Below are positions 38,260-47,303 of a stretch of DNA of 64,000 bases, one piece after another. Source of the stretch: Eubacteriales bacterium (GTDB taxonomy: Bacteria > Bacillota > Clostridia > Oscillospirales > CAG-382); assembly GCA_045612545.1 (NCBI GenBank), contig JAZKZH010000017.1, positions 8,454 to 72,453 on the forward strand. The letters run 5' to 3'. Position 1 is the first letter of the stretch. Each line of letters begins with the position of its first letter. A program made the translations under genes and the position numbers. The notes below the pieces were generated by a model. It saw nothing but the letters and a program-made list of their open reading frames with translations, searched no databases and was not told the origin of the DNA.

Positions 38260-39753
38260 ATGGCAGAAGAGACCCTCCTTCCCACCGCGGAGGAAAATTT
38301 TTCGGATCAGATCCGTATCCGCAGACAGAAGCTTGCGGAAATGAAGGAAGCAGGCAAGGATCCTTTTGAGATCACCAAGTTTGACGTAACTGCATACGCT
38401 TCTGACATCAAAGCAAATTTCGAGACCTTGGAGAACCAGACCGTTTCCGTGGCAGGCCGCATCATGAGCCGCCGCGACATGGGCAAGGCTTCCTTTGTAC
38501 ACATTATGGATTCCACCGGTACCATCCAATCCTACGTGCGCATCAACGACGTGGGTGAGGAGTGCTACAAGGAGTTCAAGAAGTTCGACATCGGCGACGT
38601 GATCGGACTCACCGGTTTTGTGTTCAAGACCCGTACCGGCGAAACCAGTATCCACGCACAGGGCATCACCCTGCTGGCAAAATCCCTGACTCCCCTGCCC
38701 GAGAAGTTCCACGGTCTGAAGGATCAGGATATGCGTTACCGTCAGCGTTACGTGGATCTTATTGTGAACCCCGAGGTTAAGGATACCTTCGTAAAGCGCA
38801 GCTTGATCCTGCGCGAGATCCGCGCATACTTGGACGGCAAGGGCTTCCTGGAGGTTGACACCCCCGTGTTGACTCCCTTTGAGATCGGCGCTTCCGCAAG
38901 ACCCTTCAAAACTCACCACAATACTCTGGACATGGATATGTTCCTGCGTATTGAGACAGAGCTTTACCTGAAGAGACTCATCGTAGGCGGCTTTGACAAG
39001 GTCTATGAGGTAGGCCGTATCTTCCGTAACGAGGGTATGGATACCAAGCACAACCCCGAGTTCACCTCTATTGAGCTGTACCAGGCATATACCGACTACA
39101 AGGGTATGATGGATCTGGTTATCGAGATGAACACCATGCTGGCCGAAAAGATCTGCGGCACCACCGTGATCAATTACCAGGGCAAGGAAATCGATATGGG
39201 CAAGTGGGAAAAGCTGACCATGGTAGAGGCCGTGAAGAAGTACGCAGGCGTGGATTACAACGATTGGGCCACCGACGAGGATGCCCGTGCTTGTGCAAAG
39301 GCGCACCACGTTGAGGTTCCCAAGGACGCTACCAAGGGCTTGGTGCTGATCGAGTTCTTCGATGCCTTTGTGGAAGAGAATCTGATCCAGCCCACCATCA
39401 TCTACGATTATCCCGTAGAAAATTCCCCCTTGGCAAAGAGAAAGCCCGATATGCCCGCCTTTACCGAGCGTTTTGAGTACTTCATCAACGCTACCGAGTT
39501 CGGCAACGCCTTCTCCGAGCTGAACGACCCCATCGACCAGAAGGAGCGTTTCGAGAAGCAGGTTGCCAACAAGCGTGCAGAGGATCCCAACACCACTGCC
39601 CAGGTTGACTACGACTACGTTACCGCATTGGAGTACGGTCTCGCCCCCACCGGAGGCCTCGGCTTCGGCATCGACAGATTGGTTATGCTTCTTACCGACA
39701 GCGCGTCTATCAGAGACGTTCTGCTGTTCCCCACGATGAAGCCTATCGACTGA
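38260..39753 (+). CDS. lysS: Lysine--tRNA ligase (class II)
   Basis: RYRQRYVDL, RIFRNEG, HNPEFT, GNAFSELNDP and GGLGFGIDRLVM. Confidence 0.98.
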   Translation: MAEETLLPTAEENFSDQIRIRRQKLAEMKEAGKDPFEITKFDVTAYASDIKANFETLENQTVSVAGRIMSRRDMGKASFVHIMDSTGTIQSYVRINDVGEECYKEFKKFDIGDVIGLTGFVFKTRTGETSIHAQGITLLAKSLTPLPEKFHGLKDQDMRYRQRYVDLIVNPEVKDTFVKRSLILREIRAYLDGKGFLEVDTPVLTPFEIGASARPFKTHHNTLDMDMFLRIETELYLKRLIVGGFDKVYEVGRIFRNEGMDTKHNPEFTSIELYQAYTDYKGMMDLVIEMNTMLAEKICGTTVINYQGKEIDMGKWEKLTMVEAVKKYAGVDYNDWATDEDARACAKAHHVEVPKDATKGLVLIEFFDAFVEENLIQPTIIYDYPVENSPLAKRKPDMPAFTERFEYFINATEFGNAFSELNDPIDQKERFEKQVANKRAEDPNTTAQVDYDYVTALEYGLAPTGGLGFGIDRLVMLLTDSASIRDVLLFPTMKPID

Positions 39754-39884
39754 AGCATAGCGAGATAAAGGATAAAGTAACGTCGCAACGTGTCGCAACT
39801 TGCGTTTTTCGGTTCTTTTCGAATCGTTTGACACCCTTTTTTGCCGGTCGTACCAATAGTTTAACAATTCCGCAAGAGGAAATG

Positions 39885-39916
39885 AAAAAGCGTCATCGCA
39901 AAGATGACGCTTTTTT
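39885..39916. terminator. Bidirectional terminator
   Basis: AAAAAGCGTCATC-GCAAA-GATGACGCTTTTT. Confidence 0.85.
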
Positions 39917-39933
39917 ACGCAAGCATGAAACCG

Positions 39934-40989
39934 TTAGCACTCCACGGCGACTTTTATCACGCCGTCGCGTTTATTTTCGAAGAGGTCATACGCCTCGTGG
40001 ATCTTGGCAAGCGGGTAGGTATGGGTAATGAGGGGCTCGGTATCGAGCTTGCCCTCGGCGATGAGGGCGAGGGTTTCCTCACAGTCGCAGCCGTCCACAC
40101 CGCCGGTTTTGAAGGTGAGGTTCTTGCCGTACATATCGGGCAGGGGCAGGATTTGGGGCTTCTCGTAGAGCGCCACCACCGTGACGATAGCGTTGGAACG
40201 GGCACACTTCCATGCCAGATCGAAGGTATTCATACCACCGACTTCGTCGGTGCCGGCACCTGCCACCTCCAGAACCACGTCTGCCCCGCCGTGGTCGCTG
40301 TTCTTATGGACGAAATCGAGGCACTCCTCGGGCGTAACAGTCAGCACGTGAGGATAGTGCTGATTCAGAAACTTTATGCGGTTCTCATCCTTTTCGCAGA
40401 CGATGATGCGCCCCGGCTTTTTCAGCATCACGCAAAGAAGGGTACAGATTCCCGTGGGGCCTGCGCCGATGATGAGAACGGTGTCGTCTTCCGTAATCTC
40501 AGAGATCTTCGCCGCCCAATAACCCGTGGCAAGCACATCCCCCACCAGCAAAGCTTGTCTGTCGGTGACGGTGTCGGGAATCTTGTTCAGCCCTTGGTCT
40601 GCGAAGGGTACGCGGACATACTCAGCCTGTCCGCCGTCGATGCGACAACCAAGTGCCCAACCGCCATTTTTGTCGGTGCAATTGTTGACGAAGCCCTTTT
40701 TGCAGAAGAAGCACTCCCCGCAGAAGGTCTCCACGTTCACCGTGACTCTATCGCCCGGCTTTACGTGGGTGACAGCAGAGCCTACCTCTTCCACGATGCC
40801 CACCATCTCATGCCCCACGGTGATGCCCTCCACCGCTTTGGGGACACTGCCGTGCTTGATGTGTAAGTCACTTGAGCAGATGCTGGCAAGGGTCACCTTG
40901 ACGATGGCATCACGATCGTGTTGGATCGTGGGCTTGGGCTTTTCAACAAGTGAAAAGGTTCCTTTTGACGTATAGGTGTAGGTTAACAT
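39934..40989 (-). CDS. Zinc-dependent alcohol dehydrogenase (MDR family)
   Basis: ICSSDLH, GHEMVG, CGECFFC..C and GAGPTG. Confidence 0.92.
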   Translation of the reverse strand: MLTYTYTSKGTFSLVEKPKPTIQHDRDAIVKVTLASICSSDLHIKHGSVPKAVEGITVGHEMVGIVEEVGSAVTHVKPGDRVTVNVETFCGECFFCKKGFVNNCTDKNGGWALGCRIDGGQAEYVRVPFADQGLNKIPDTVTDRQALLVGDVLATGYWAAKISEITEDDTVLIIGAGPTGICTLLCVMLKKPGRIIVCEKDENRIKFLNQHYPHVLTVTPEECLDFVHKNSDHGGADVVLEVAGAGTDEVGGMNTFDLAWKCARSNAIVTVVALYEKPQILPLPDMYGKNLTFKTGGVDGCDCEETLALIAEGKLDTEPLITHTYPLAKIHEAYDLFENKRDGVIKVAVEC

Positions 40990-40996
40990 ACTATTC

Positions 40997-42469
40997 TCAT
41001 TCTTCCCAAGGGATCACACCCTGCAGGGCGATCCGGTCGGCGGCCTCCTGCAAAGCCTTGGCGTCTGGGGCGGGAAGGCCGTAGGCGATACCCAACTCCG
41101 TTGCGGTTTTACCGAACAGGGTGGCGTAGAAGGTACAGACCGCCAGATATGCGCCGTGGGTATTGGTGTGGGCGTTGTCGTCTCCCCACAGATTATAATT
41201 CAAATGCTTGATGGCGTAGGCAAAGGCGCGGTTGACGTAGACGCAATGGGCGTCTTCAGCCTTTGCGGCGGGAGTAAAATGATCGTCAAAAAGCTTGCAC
41301 TGATCGAAATTCTTGTACCCTGCCAGATCCTTGCCGTAGGGCGGGCGGACGTAGAAGCAGAACACCGCACCGGAAGCATGGACCGCTTCTCCCAGCTTTT
41401 TGATGGCCGCAAGGCTCTTTTCTGCTGCCGAGGAAGAGGTCATGGAATTGCCGTTTTCCTGAATGAACACGGCGTCGTAGCCCTTGGCGATCTCGGCAAA
41501 CACGGCGGGGTCCGCGGCGTGATCCTCCAGGGTACGTCCCCCGGGAACGATCTGCTTTTGGGTAATGGTAATCCCCTTCTTTGCACACAAGGAAGCCAGG
41601 GTGGCGGGAATGTCATTGACGTAGGTGGAGCTGTTTCCGATAAACAGGAACTTATAGGAGGATTTGGCAGGAAGGAAGGTGGCGCCCAGCTCGGGAGCAG
41701 GTGCTTCCTCGAAGGGGAGCTCCTTATCGGTGGCAATGCCGTAGGCCATTACCTCCGCAACAAACATCCAACGGCTGACGTCTGCCACAATGCGGAACTC
41801 CAAGTAACGTGCGGTGACGGGGGTGTTCAGCTCCAAAACAGAAGGGATGCAGTTAGCCTCATCGGTATCCTCGTGGGCGGTAATGCCCACCTTATGCCAC
41901 GTCTCCCCGTCGTGGGAAGCATATACCCAGGCAAAGGCGGGTGCAGAAATGCCTACGCTCAGGAACGCCTTGGAGCCAACGTAGATCTCAAACCTGTCCA
42001 TGCAGTATAATCCGTTCAGATCCACCACGATGGAGGCGTAGCCGCGGTCGGAATAATCGTTGCTTACGTTGAAGCCCACAAAGGCAGGATCGGAATACTT
42101 GCCGTCCGAGGCGGGAAGCTGACCGTCGGTCAGCGATGCATTGCCTTCGTCGGGGTAGGAGGCGGAGCTATCATCGGGAAACAGGGCAGAACGGGTATAG
42201 CTCTTTCCCAAAAGAATATTCTTGTAATCGGGGTTGTCACGAATGCTTTCCATGGGTTCTTCTCCTGTATCTTCGGAGGATTCCTCCGAGGTCTCTTCGC
42301 TTTCGGCAGAGGATTCTTGGGAAACGGCGGTACTGCTTTCCCCTGCGGAGGTGATCTCACTTTCCGAGGAGGCGGTCTGCTCTTCCCCGCCGCAGGCTGC
42401 CAGCGTGGGCAGGAGCAAAAGCACTGTCAAAAGCAGGGATACGAGAATTTTGATACGTTTGGTTTTCAT
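40997..42469 (-). CDS. Lipoprotein with a discoidin/F5-8-like domain and an SGNH-type (DUF4886-like) hydrolase domain
   Basis: Lipobox LAAC, S/E-rich linker, LTDG...VDL...ARY...EV beta-sandwich signature, FIGNS and DNAH..GAYL. Confidence 0.72.
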   Translation of the reverse strand: MKTKRIKILVSLLLTVLLLLPTLAACGGEEQTASSESEITSAGESSTAVSQESSAESEETSEESSEDTGEEPMESIRDNPDYKNILLGKSYTRSALFPDDSSASYPDEGNASLTDGQLPASDGKYSDPAFVGFNVSNDYSDRGYASIVVDLNGLYCMDRFEIYVGSKAFLSVGISAPAFAWVYASHDGETWHKVGITAHEDTDEANCIPSVLELNTPVTARYLEFRIVADVSRWMFVAEVMAYGIATDKELPFEEAPAPELGATFLPAKSSYKFLFIGNSSTYVNDIPATLASLCAKKGITITQKQIVPGGRTLEDHAADPAVFAEIAKGYDAVFIQENGNSMTSSSAAEKSLAAIKKLGEAVHASGAVFCFYVRPPYGKDLAGYKNFDQCKLFDDHFTPAAKAEDAHCVYVNRAFAYAIKHLNYNLWGDDNAHTNTHGAYLAVCTFYATLFGKTATELGIAYGLPAPDAKALQEAADRIALQGVIPWEE

Positions 42470-42496
42470 ACAGATCCATTCCTTTCATAACGCATT

Positions 42497-42853
42497 TTAC
42501 GGGAGCAATTTGGAGCTCCACTCCCCTTCCGAGAAGCCCGCCAGAACAAAATCTTCTCCGATGAGGAGGGGGCGTTTCACCAGCATTCCGTCGGTGGCAA
42601 GGAGGGAAAGCATTTCCTCCTCGGACATGGCAGGGAGCTTGTCCTTCAGCTCCATAGATCTGTACAGCAAGCCGCTGGTGTTAAAGAATTTCTTAAGCGG
42701 CAACCCACTCTTCTTCTGCCACGCTGTAAGCTCCTCTAAGGCGGGTTTGTTCTCCTTGATGTCTCGGAATGCGTATTGGATATTGTTGTCATCCAGCCAC
42801 TTCTGTGCCTTTTGGCAGGTGGTGCATTTAGAGTAGCAAATAAAAGTAAGCAT
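42497..42853 (-). CDS. ArsC/Spx-like (YusI/YffB) thioredoxin-fold protein
   Basis: CTTCQKA, FFNTSG and GMLVKRP; start at MLTFIC. Confidence 0.9.
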   Translation of the reverse strand: MLTFICYSKCTTCQKAQKWLDDNNIQYAFRDIKENKPALEELTAWQKKSGLPLKKFFNTSGLLYRSMELKDKLPAMSEEEMLSLLATDGMLVKRPLLIGEDFVLAGFSEGEWSSKLLP

Positions 42854-42880
42854 AGTAGGGTCTCCTAACAAAAAGAATGT

Positions 42881-43279
42881 TTACTTCACAACGTCGTATT
42901 CCCAATCCAAAATGCCGCCGAATTCCTGCACGTTGGTGTAGCCCAGCTTGACCAACTCTTCGGAAGCAATTTTGCTACGTCTGCCGCTACGGCAATAGAC
43001 GAGAATGAGGGCGTTTTTATCGGGAAGCTCGGCTTCCGCGCGGGAAGCGATCTCATACTCGGGGATGAGAATGGCGCCGGGGATATGCCCCTGGGCAAAT
43101 TCTTCCTCGGTACGGGCATCGATGATGATACATTCCACGCCGGAATCCATGATGGCCTTAGCTTCCTCCTGCGTGATCTGTTTATAAGAAGCTTCGGTCT
43201 GACTACCTCCGCAGGCGGAAAAAATAAAGGTAGAAAGTGTAAGCATTATGATCAAAACCCATCCTTTTTTATGTTTCAT
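42881..43279 (-). CDS. Rhodanese-domain lipoprotein
   Basis: Lipobox FSAC, IDAR..EF..GHIPGA and active loop YCRSGRRS. Confidence 0.9.
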   Translation of the reverse strand: MKHKKGWVLIIMLTLSTFIFSACGGSQTEASYKQITQEEAKAIMDSGVECIIIDARTEEEFAQGHIPGAILIPEYEIASRAEAELPDKNALILVYCRSGRRSKIASEELVKLGYTNVQEFGGILDWEYDVVK

Positions 43280-43417
43280 AGTTATCTCCGGAATTCTTTT
43301 TTATATTGTACCACACTTTTTTTGATTTTTCAATGAGATAGATAATTTTCCTTCGCTGTTGACAACCAAATCCCACGATGGTATACTGAAAGTACAAAAC
43401 ACTATGGGAGGTGTCAT

Positions 43418-44038
43418 ATGTCCTATTGTAATTGGAGCAAAGGCAATTCTATGATGGAGGCTTATCATGACACAGAGTGGGGCGTCCCGTTGCATGACGA
43501 CGGAAAGCTCTTTGAATTTTTGATGCTGGAGTCCCTGCAATGCGGACTTTCCTGGCTATTGATGATTAAAAAGAGAGAAATCTTCCGGAAATGTTTTGAC
43601 AGCTTTGATTACCAAAAGGTTGCAAGATACACCGAAGACGATATACAGCGAATTTTGAACACCCCCGGGATGCTACGTTCCGTTCAAAAGATACGCGCTA
43701 TCATACACAACGCAAAATGCTTTGAAAGCCTTTGTAAGGAATACGGGAGCTTTGACCGATATTTGTGGAGCTTTACACAAGGGAATACAGTGCTTTACGA
43801 AGGCCATGGCGATGGATACATTCCCGTTTCCAATCATCTTTCAGCAAGGATCGCAAAAGAACTCAAGAAGCGAGGGTTCAAGTATTTAGGCTGTATTACC
43901 GTGTATTCATACCTGCAGGCCTGCGGTGTGATCAACGATCACGGAAAGGATTGCCCCTGCTTCCAAAGGATCAACAGCGCATACCCCACCGTTTCCCTGC
44001 CCTGTCGGGACGAAGAAGGCGTTCAATATTTTGAATAG
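43418..44038 (+). CDS. tag: DNA-3-methyladenine glycosylase I
   Basis: CxW, YHDTEWG, LFEFL.LE..Q.GLSW, LKKRGFK and NDH..C. Confidence 0.93.
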   Translation: MSYCNWSKGNSMMEAYHDTEWGVPLHDDGKLFEFLMLESLQCGLSWLLMIKKREIFRKCFDSFDYQKVARYTEDDIQRILNTPGMLRSVQKIRAIIHNAKCFESLCKEYGSFDRYLWSFTQGNTVLYEGHGDGYIPVSNHLSARIAKELKKRGFKYLGCITVYSYLQACGVINDHGKDCPCFQRINSAYPTVSLPCRDEEGVQYFE

Positions 44039-44051
44039 GTTTTTAAATAGG

Positions 44052-44091
44052 AAAAACCGCCATCACTTTTTGAGTGATGGCGGTCTTTTTT
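44052..44091. terminator. Bidirectional terminator
   Basis: ACCGCCATCACT...AGTGATGGCGGT flanked by A/T runs. Confidence 0.85.
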
Positions 44092-44116
44092 AGGTTTGCT
44101 TAGAACACTTAAGAAC

Positions 44117-46900
44117 TTACTTCTTGAGGATGAATCTCTTCAAGAGCATGTAGTCCATAGAGGTAACCTTGCCGTCGCCGTTGTAGTCAGCACGGAGGAG
44201 CTGAGCAGAGGTAAGTCTGATAGCACCGGTAACGTGCTTCTTCAGCATCAGGTAGTCAGCTGCGTTGATTCTACCGTCGCCGTTGACGTCGCCAACGAGG
44301 ATTCCGGTAGCGGGGATTACCAGGTTCTTACGGTTGGTCAGGTATCTGCCTGCTGCGTCAGCGAATACTGCGTCGCACTCGGGGCAGTACCAGTATTCCT
44401 GCATACCTTCTTCGGTAGCGGTAGCGGGAACTTCGGGAACGTAAACCAGTTCGTTCAAAGCGGGAATGGTCAGGCTCAGGTATGCTACGTTGTACTTCCC
44501 TTCTGCGCCAGCGAAGAAGGTGTCGCACTCTTCACAGTACCAGTATTCCTGTCTGCCGGTCTGGTGGCAGCCAGCCTCAATGCCGGGAACGTAGGTCAGT
44601 TCTCTGTCTGCGGGGATGGTCAGGTTCTTGCGGTTGGTCAGGATCTGACCTTCTGCGTCAGCAAATACTGCTTCGCACTCGGGGCAGAACCAGTACTCGT
44701 AAGTACCGTTTGCGTGGCAAGCGGGAACCTCGGGCATGTAAACCAGCTCGCAATCTGCGGGAATTACCAGGTTCTTACGGTTGGTCAGGTATCTGCCTTC
44801 TGCGTCAGAGAACACTGCGTCGCACTCGGGGCAGTACCAGTATTCCTGCATACCATTTACATGGCAAGCATCGTAACCGGGAACATATACCAGCTCGCAA
44901 TCTGCCTCGATGGTGAGGTTCTTGCGGTTGGTCAGGAACTTGCCTTCTGCGTCAGAGAATACTGCTTCGCATTCGGGACAGAACCAGTACTCGGAGGTAC
45001 CGTTTGCGTGGCAAGCGGGAACCTCGGGCATGTAAACCAGCTCGCAATCAGCCTCGATGGTGAGGTTCTTGCGGTTGGTCAGGATCTTGCCTTCTGCATC
45101 TGCAAATACTGCTTCACAGTCGGGGCAGAACCAGTACTCGTAGGAGCCGTTTGCGTGGCAAGCGGGAACCTCGGGCATGTAAACCAGCTCGCACTTAGCG
45201 GGAATCACCAGGCTCAGATATGCGATGTTGTATTTACCTTCTGCATCGGTAAAGAAGCAATCGCAATCGGAGCAGTACCAGTATTCCTTCATACCGTTGG
45301 TATGGCAAGCCTCGTAACCGGGAACGTATTCCAGCTCAACGGTGGGCTCAATGGTCAGGTTCTTGCGGTTGGTGAGCTCAATGCCGAATTCGTCAGCATA
45401 AACTGCCTGACAATCGGGGCACCACCAGTAATCCTGCATACCTGCCTTGTGGCAAGCCTCATAGCCTTCCACATAGACAAGGTCGCGTTCCGCGGGGATG
45501 GTCAGGCTCAGGTATGCTACGTTGTACTTGCCCTCTTCGTCAGCAAAGAAGGTCCAGCACTCGGGGCAGTACCAGTATTCCATCATACCCTCTGCGTGGC
45601 AAGCAGGAGCTTCGGGAACGTAAACCAGCTCGCAGGTGGGAGCGGTCTGCAGGTTCTTACGGTTGGTCACAACGGTAGCCTGTGCATCTGCATAAACCAC
45701 GTCGCAATCGGGGCACCACCAGTAAGCCTGATAACCGGGCGTGTGGCAAGCGGTAACTTCATCGAAGTATGCCAGCACAGCGCCGCAGGAGCAAGTGTAA
45801 ACGGATTCAGAAGCCTCTTCGACACGGGTCAAAGTGTAAGCAACCTTATCGATCCACTCGTCTTCGAAGTTATTGGTGATAACAATTTCGGGGTTTGCCA
45901 TTGCGCCGTACTCGCCGGGCATGGGGATCTCAATCATGCCGTCGCAATCATCGTCGGTATACTCAACACCGTTAACAGTAACGATGGTATCCTTGATGGC
46001 GTCGGTATAGCCGGTAACGATCAGACCCTTTCCGCCCCAGTAACCGCCGTTGGTACCGTCAAGGTAGTAAACGGAGTCGCCGCAAGGAACGTATGCCTTG
46101 AAGCCTTCCTTGCTCTTGATTCTAACGGGATCGGACTCAGTGCCGTCTACCATATAGAAGCTGGCGTACACGGAGGTAGCGGGAAGGTTCCAATTCTGAT
46201 CATACTCTGCACAGATGTTGATCAAAACGGTCTCGCCTTTTGCGAGAGGATAGGTGGTGACGGGGTTGGAATAAACGTCGTCAAAGGCAACGTTTTCATT
46301 GTAGTTCTCGTCGATCACCTTGATCTGGTATTCGCCGCCTTCCTTGAGAGAGTTCTCCAGGCAAAGAATGCCTGCCTCATCTGCAGTGAAGGTGTACCAA
46401 ATGCCATCTACATCGCCGGCCTCGAGAGAGGGGTTCAGAAGATAGCTGTCGGTCCAGCTGAAGTACAATGTCGCAGCATCGATAGGATTGGCCTCGGAGC
46501 CGGGTGCGGGAGCAGTGTAAGTAAGGGTTACGGTTACTGCTTCGTCACCGTGGTTCACGAAACCAAACATAGCGTCGCCGACACCGTAGCTGCCGAAATC
46601 AATCTCAGCTGCTACGCCATTGGCAGTAGTGCCCAAGGGCATATAGCGGGGACTGACCACGTCTACAGCCGCGCCATCGGAAACGACAGTCATCTGCCAT
46701 CCACCGATGGGAAGCAAGTAGAACACGGGCTCATCACCTGCAGGAACAGTTACGGTAGAGGGCATTTCATCGATACCGTAAGTATAGGGATCGAACAAAG
46801 TGCCGTCACCGCTTGCTGCAACGAACAGGGTGGTTGCCATCATGCACAGAACTACAACGAGAGCTGCAGCCAGTACATGAAGTTTGCGCAAGTTTTTCAT
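44117..46900 (-). CDS. Secreted protein with ten Cys/His-rich ~49-aa repeats and a C-terminal type I dockerin
   Basis: Signal peptide; about 340-aa acidic N-terminal region; repeats ACHxxGxxEYWxCPxC...; dockerin GDVNGDGRINAADY...ADYNGDGKVTSMDY. Confidence 0.88.
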   Translation of the reverse strand: MKNLRKLHVLAAALVVVLCMMATTLFVAASGDGTLFDPYTYGIDEMPSTVTVPAGDEPVFYLLPIGGWQMTVVSDGAAVDVVSPRYMPLGTTANGVAAEIDFGSYGVGDAMFGFVNHGDEAVTVTLTYTAPAPGSEANPIDAATLYFSWTDSYLLNPSLEAGDVDGIWYTFTADEAGILCLENSLKEGGEYQIKVIDENYNENVAFDDVYSNPVTTYPLAKGETVLINICAEYDQNWNLPATSVYASFYMVDGTESDPVRIKSKEGFKAYVPCGDSVYYLDGTNGGYWGGKGLIVTGYTDAIKDTIVTVNGVEYTDDDCDGMIEIPMPGEYGAMANPEIVITNNFEDEWIDKVAYTLTRVEEASESVYTCSCGAVLAYFDEVTACHTPGYQAYWWCPDCDVVYADAQATVVTNRKNLQTAPTCELVYVPEAPACHAEGMMEYWYCPECWTFFADEEGKYNVAYLSLTIPAERDLVYVEGYEACHKAGMQDYWWCPDCQAVYADEFGIELTNRKNLTIEPTVELEYVPGYEACHTNGMKEYWYCSDCDCFFTDAEGKYNIAYLSLVIPAKCELVYMPEVPACHANGSYEYWFCPDCEAVFADAEGKILTNRKNLTIEADCELVYMPEVPACHANGTSEYWFCPECEAVFSDAEGKFLTNRKNLTIEADCELVYVPGYDACHVNGMQEYWYCPECDAVFSDAEGRYLTNRKNLVIPADCELVYMPEVPACHANGTYEYWFCPECEAVFADAEGQILTNRKNLTIPADRELTYVPGIEAGCHQTGRQEYWYCEECDTFFAGAEGKYNVAYLSLTIPALNELVYVPEVPATATEEGMQEYWYCPECDAVFADAAGRYLTNRKNLVIPATGILVGDVNGDGRINAADYLMLKKHVTGAIRLTSAQLLRADYNGDGKVTSMDYMLLKRFILKK
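44303..45793 (-). repeat. Intragenic tandem repeat, about 147-bp unit, 10 copies
   Basis: Recurring GGTTCTTGCGGTTGGTCA and CCAGTA blocks on the + strand; 49-aa period in the protein. Confidence 0.9.
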
Positions 46901-47228
46901 GTGTTTTCTCCTTTTGAATTTTTTATTTTTTGTTTTTTATTTTCGCTTTTCAAAAACTACGCAATTTGGGCATGATAACTGAGCGTAATTTTTCATAGTC
47001 ATTATATCACCATTCGTTTGAAATTTCAATTGGCTTTTTTCACAATTCTATACGCAATTTGTTAGTTTTTATAGCATATATCCAAAGGAACTTTCATGAA
47101 AAGGCTTAATCCATGCGAAAAAGCACCGCTATCCCCCCTACAGTCTCTTGAAAACAGCGTACAAATATGGTAAAATGTACCAACAACAAGGAACGGCTAT
47201 ATGCTGCAAAAATCTTTTTTTGTTTTTT

Positions 47229-47256
47229 TGCAACCAATGAATTTTTTTGACGAGTA
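47229..47256 (+). promoter_or_regulatory. Putative autoregulatory ECF promoter
   Basis: TGCAAC-N16-CGAGTA (the AAC/CGx pattern of SigV/SigW/SigX-type promoters) with a T-rich spacer, about 50 bp upstream of the ECF start. Confidence 0.55.
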
Positions 47257-47303
47257 TTGTGTATGAAGACGTCTTTTTCAAACCAAGCAAGGAGGGAAAC
47301 GCC

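Noticed and set aside
39934-44038. Integron-like cassette array or prophage
   Set aside because: No repeated attC-like sites, integrase or phage genes.
44303-45793. Multiheme cytochrome c or CRISPR-like reading of the repeats
   Set aside because: There is no CxxCH motif, because CH and CxxC are separated and in the wrong order. The repeats are in-frame coding units with no unique spacers.
44096-46975. 959-aa plus-strand ORF antisense to the dockerin protein
   Set aside because: It mirrors the real gene's frame. Strong codon bias removes antisense stops, and it has no RBS or recognisable domains.
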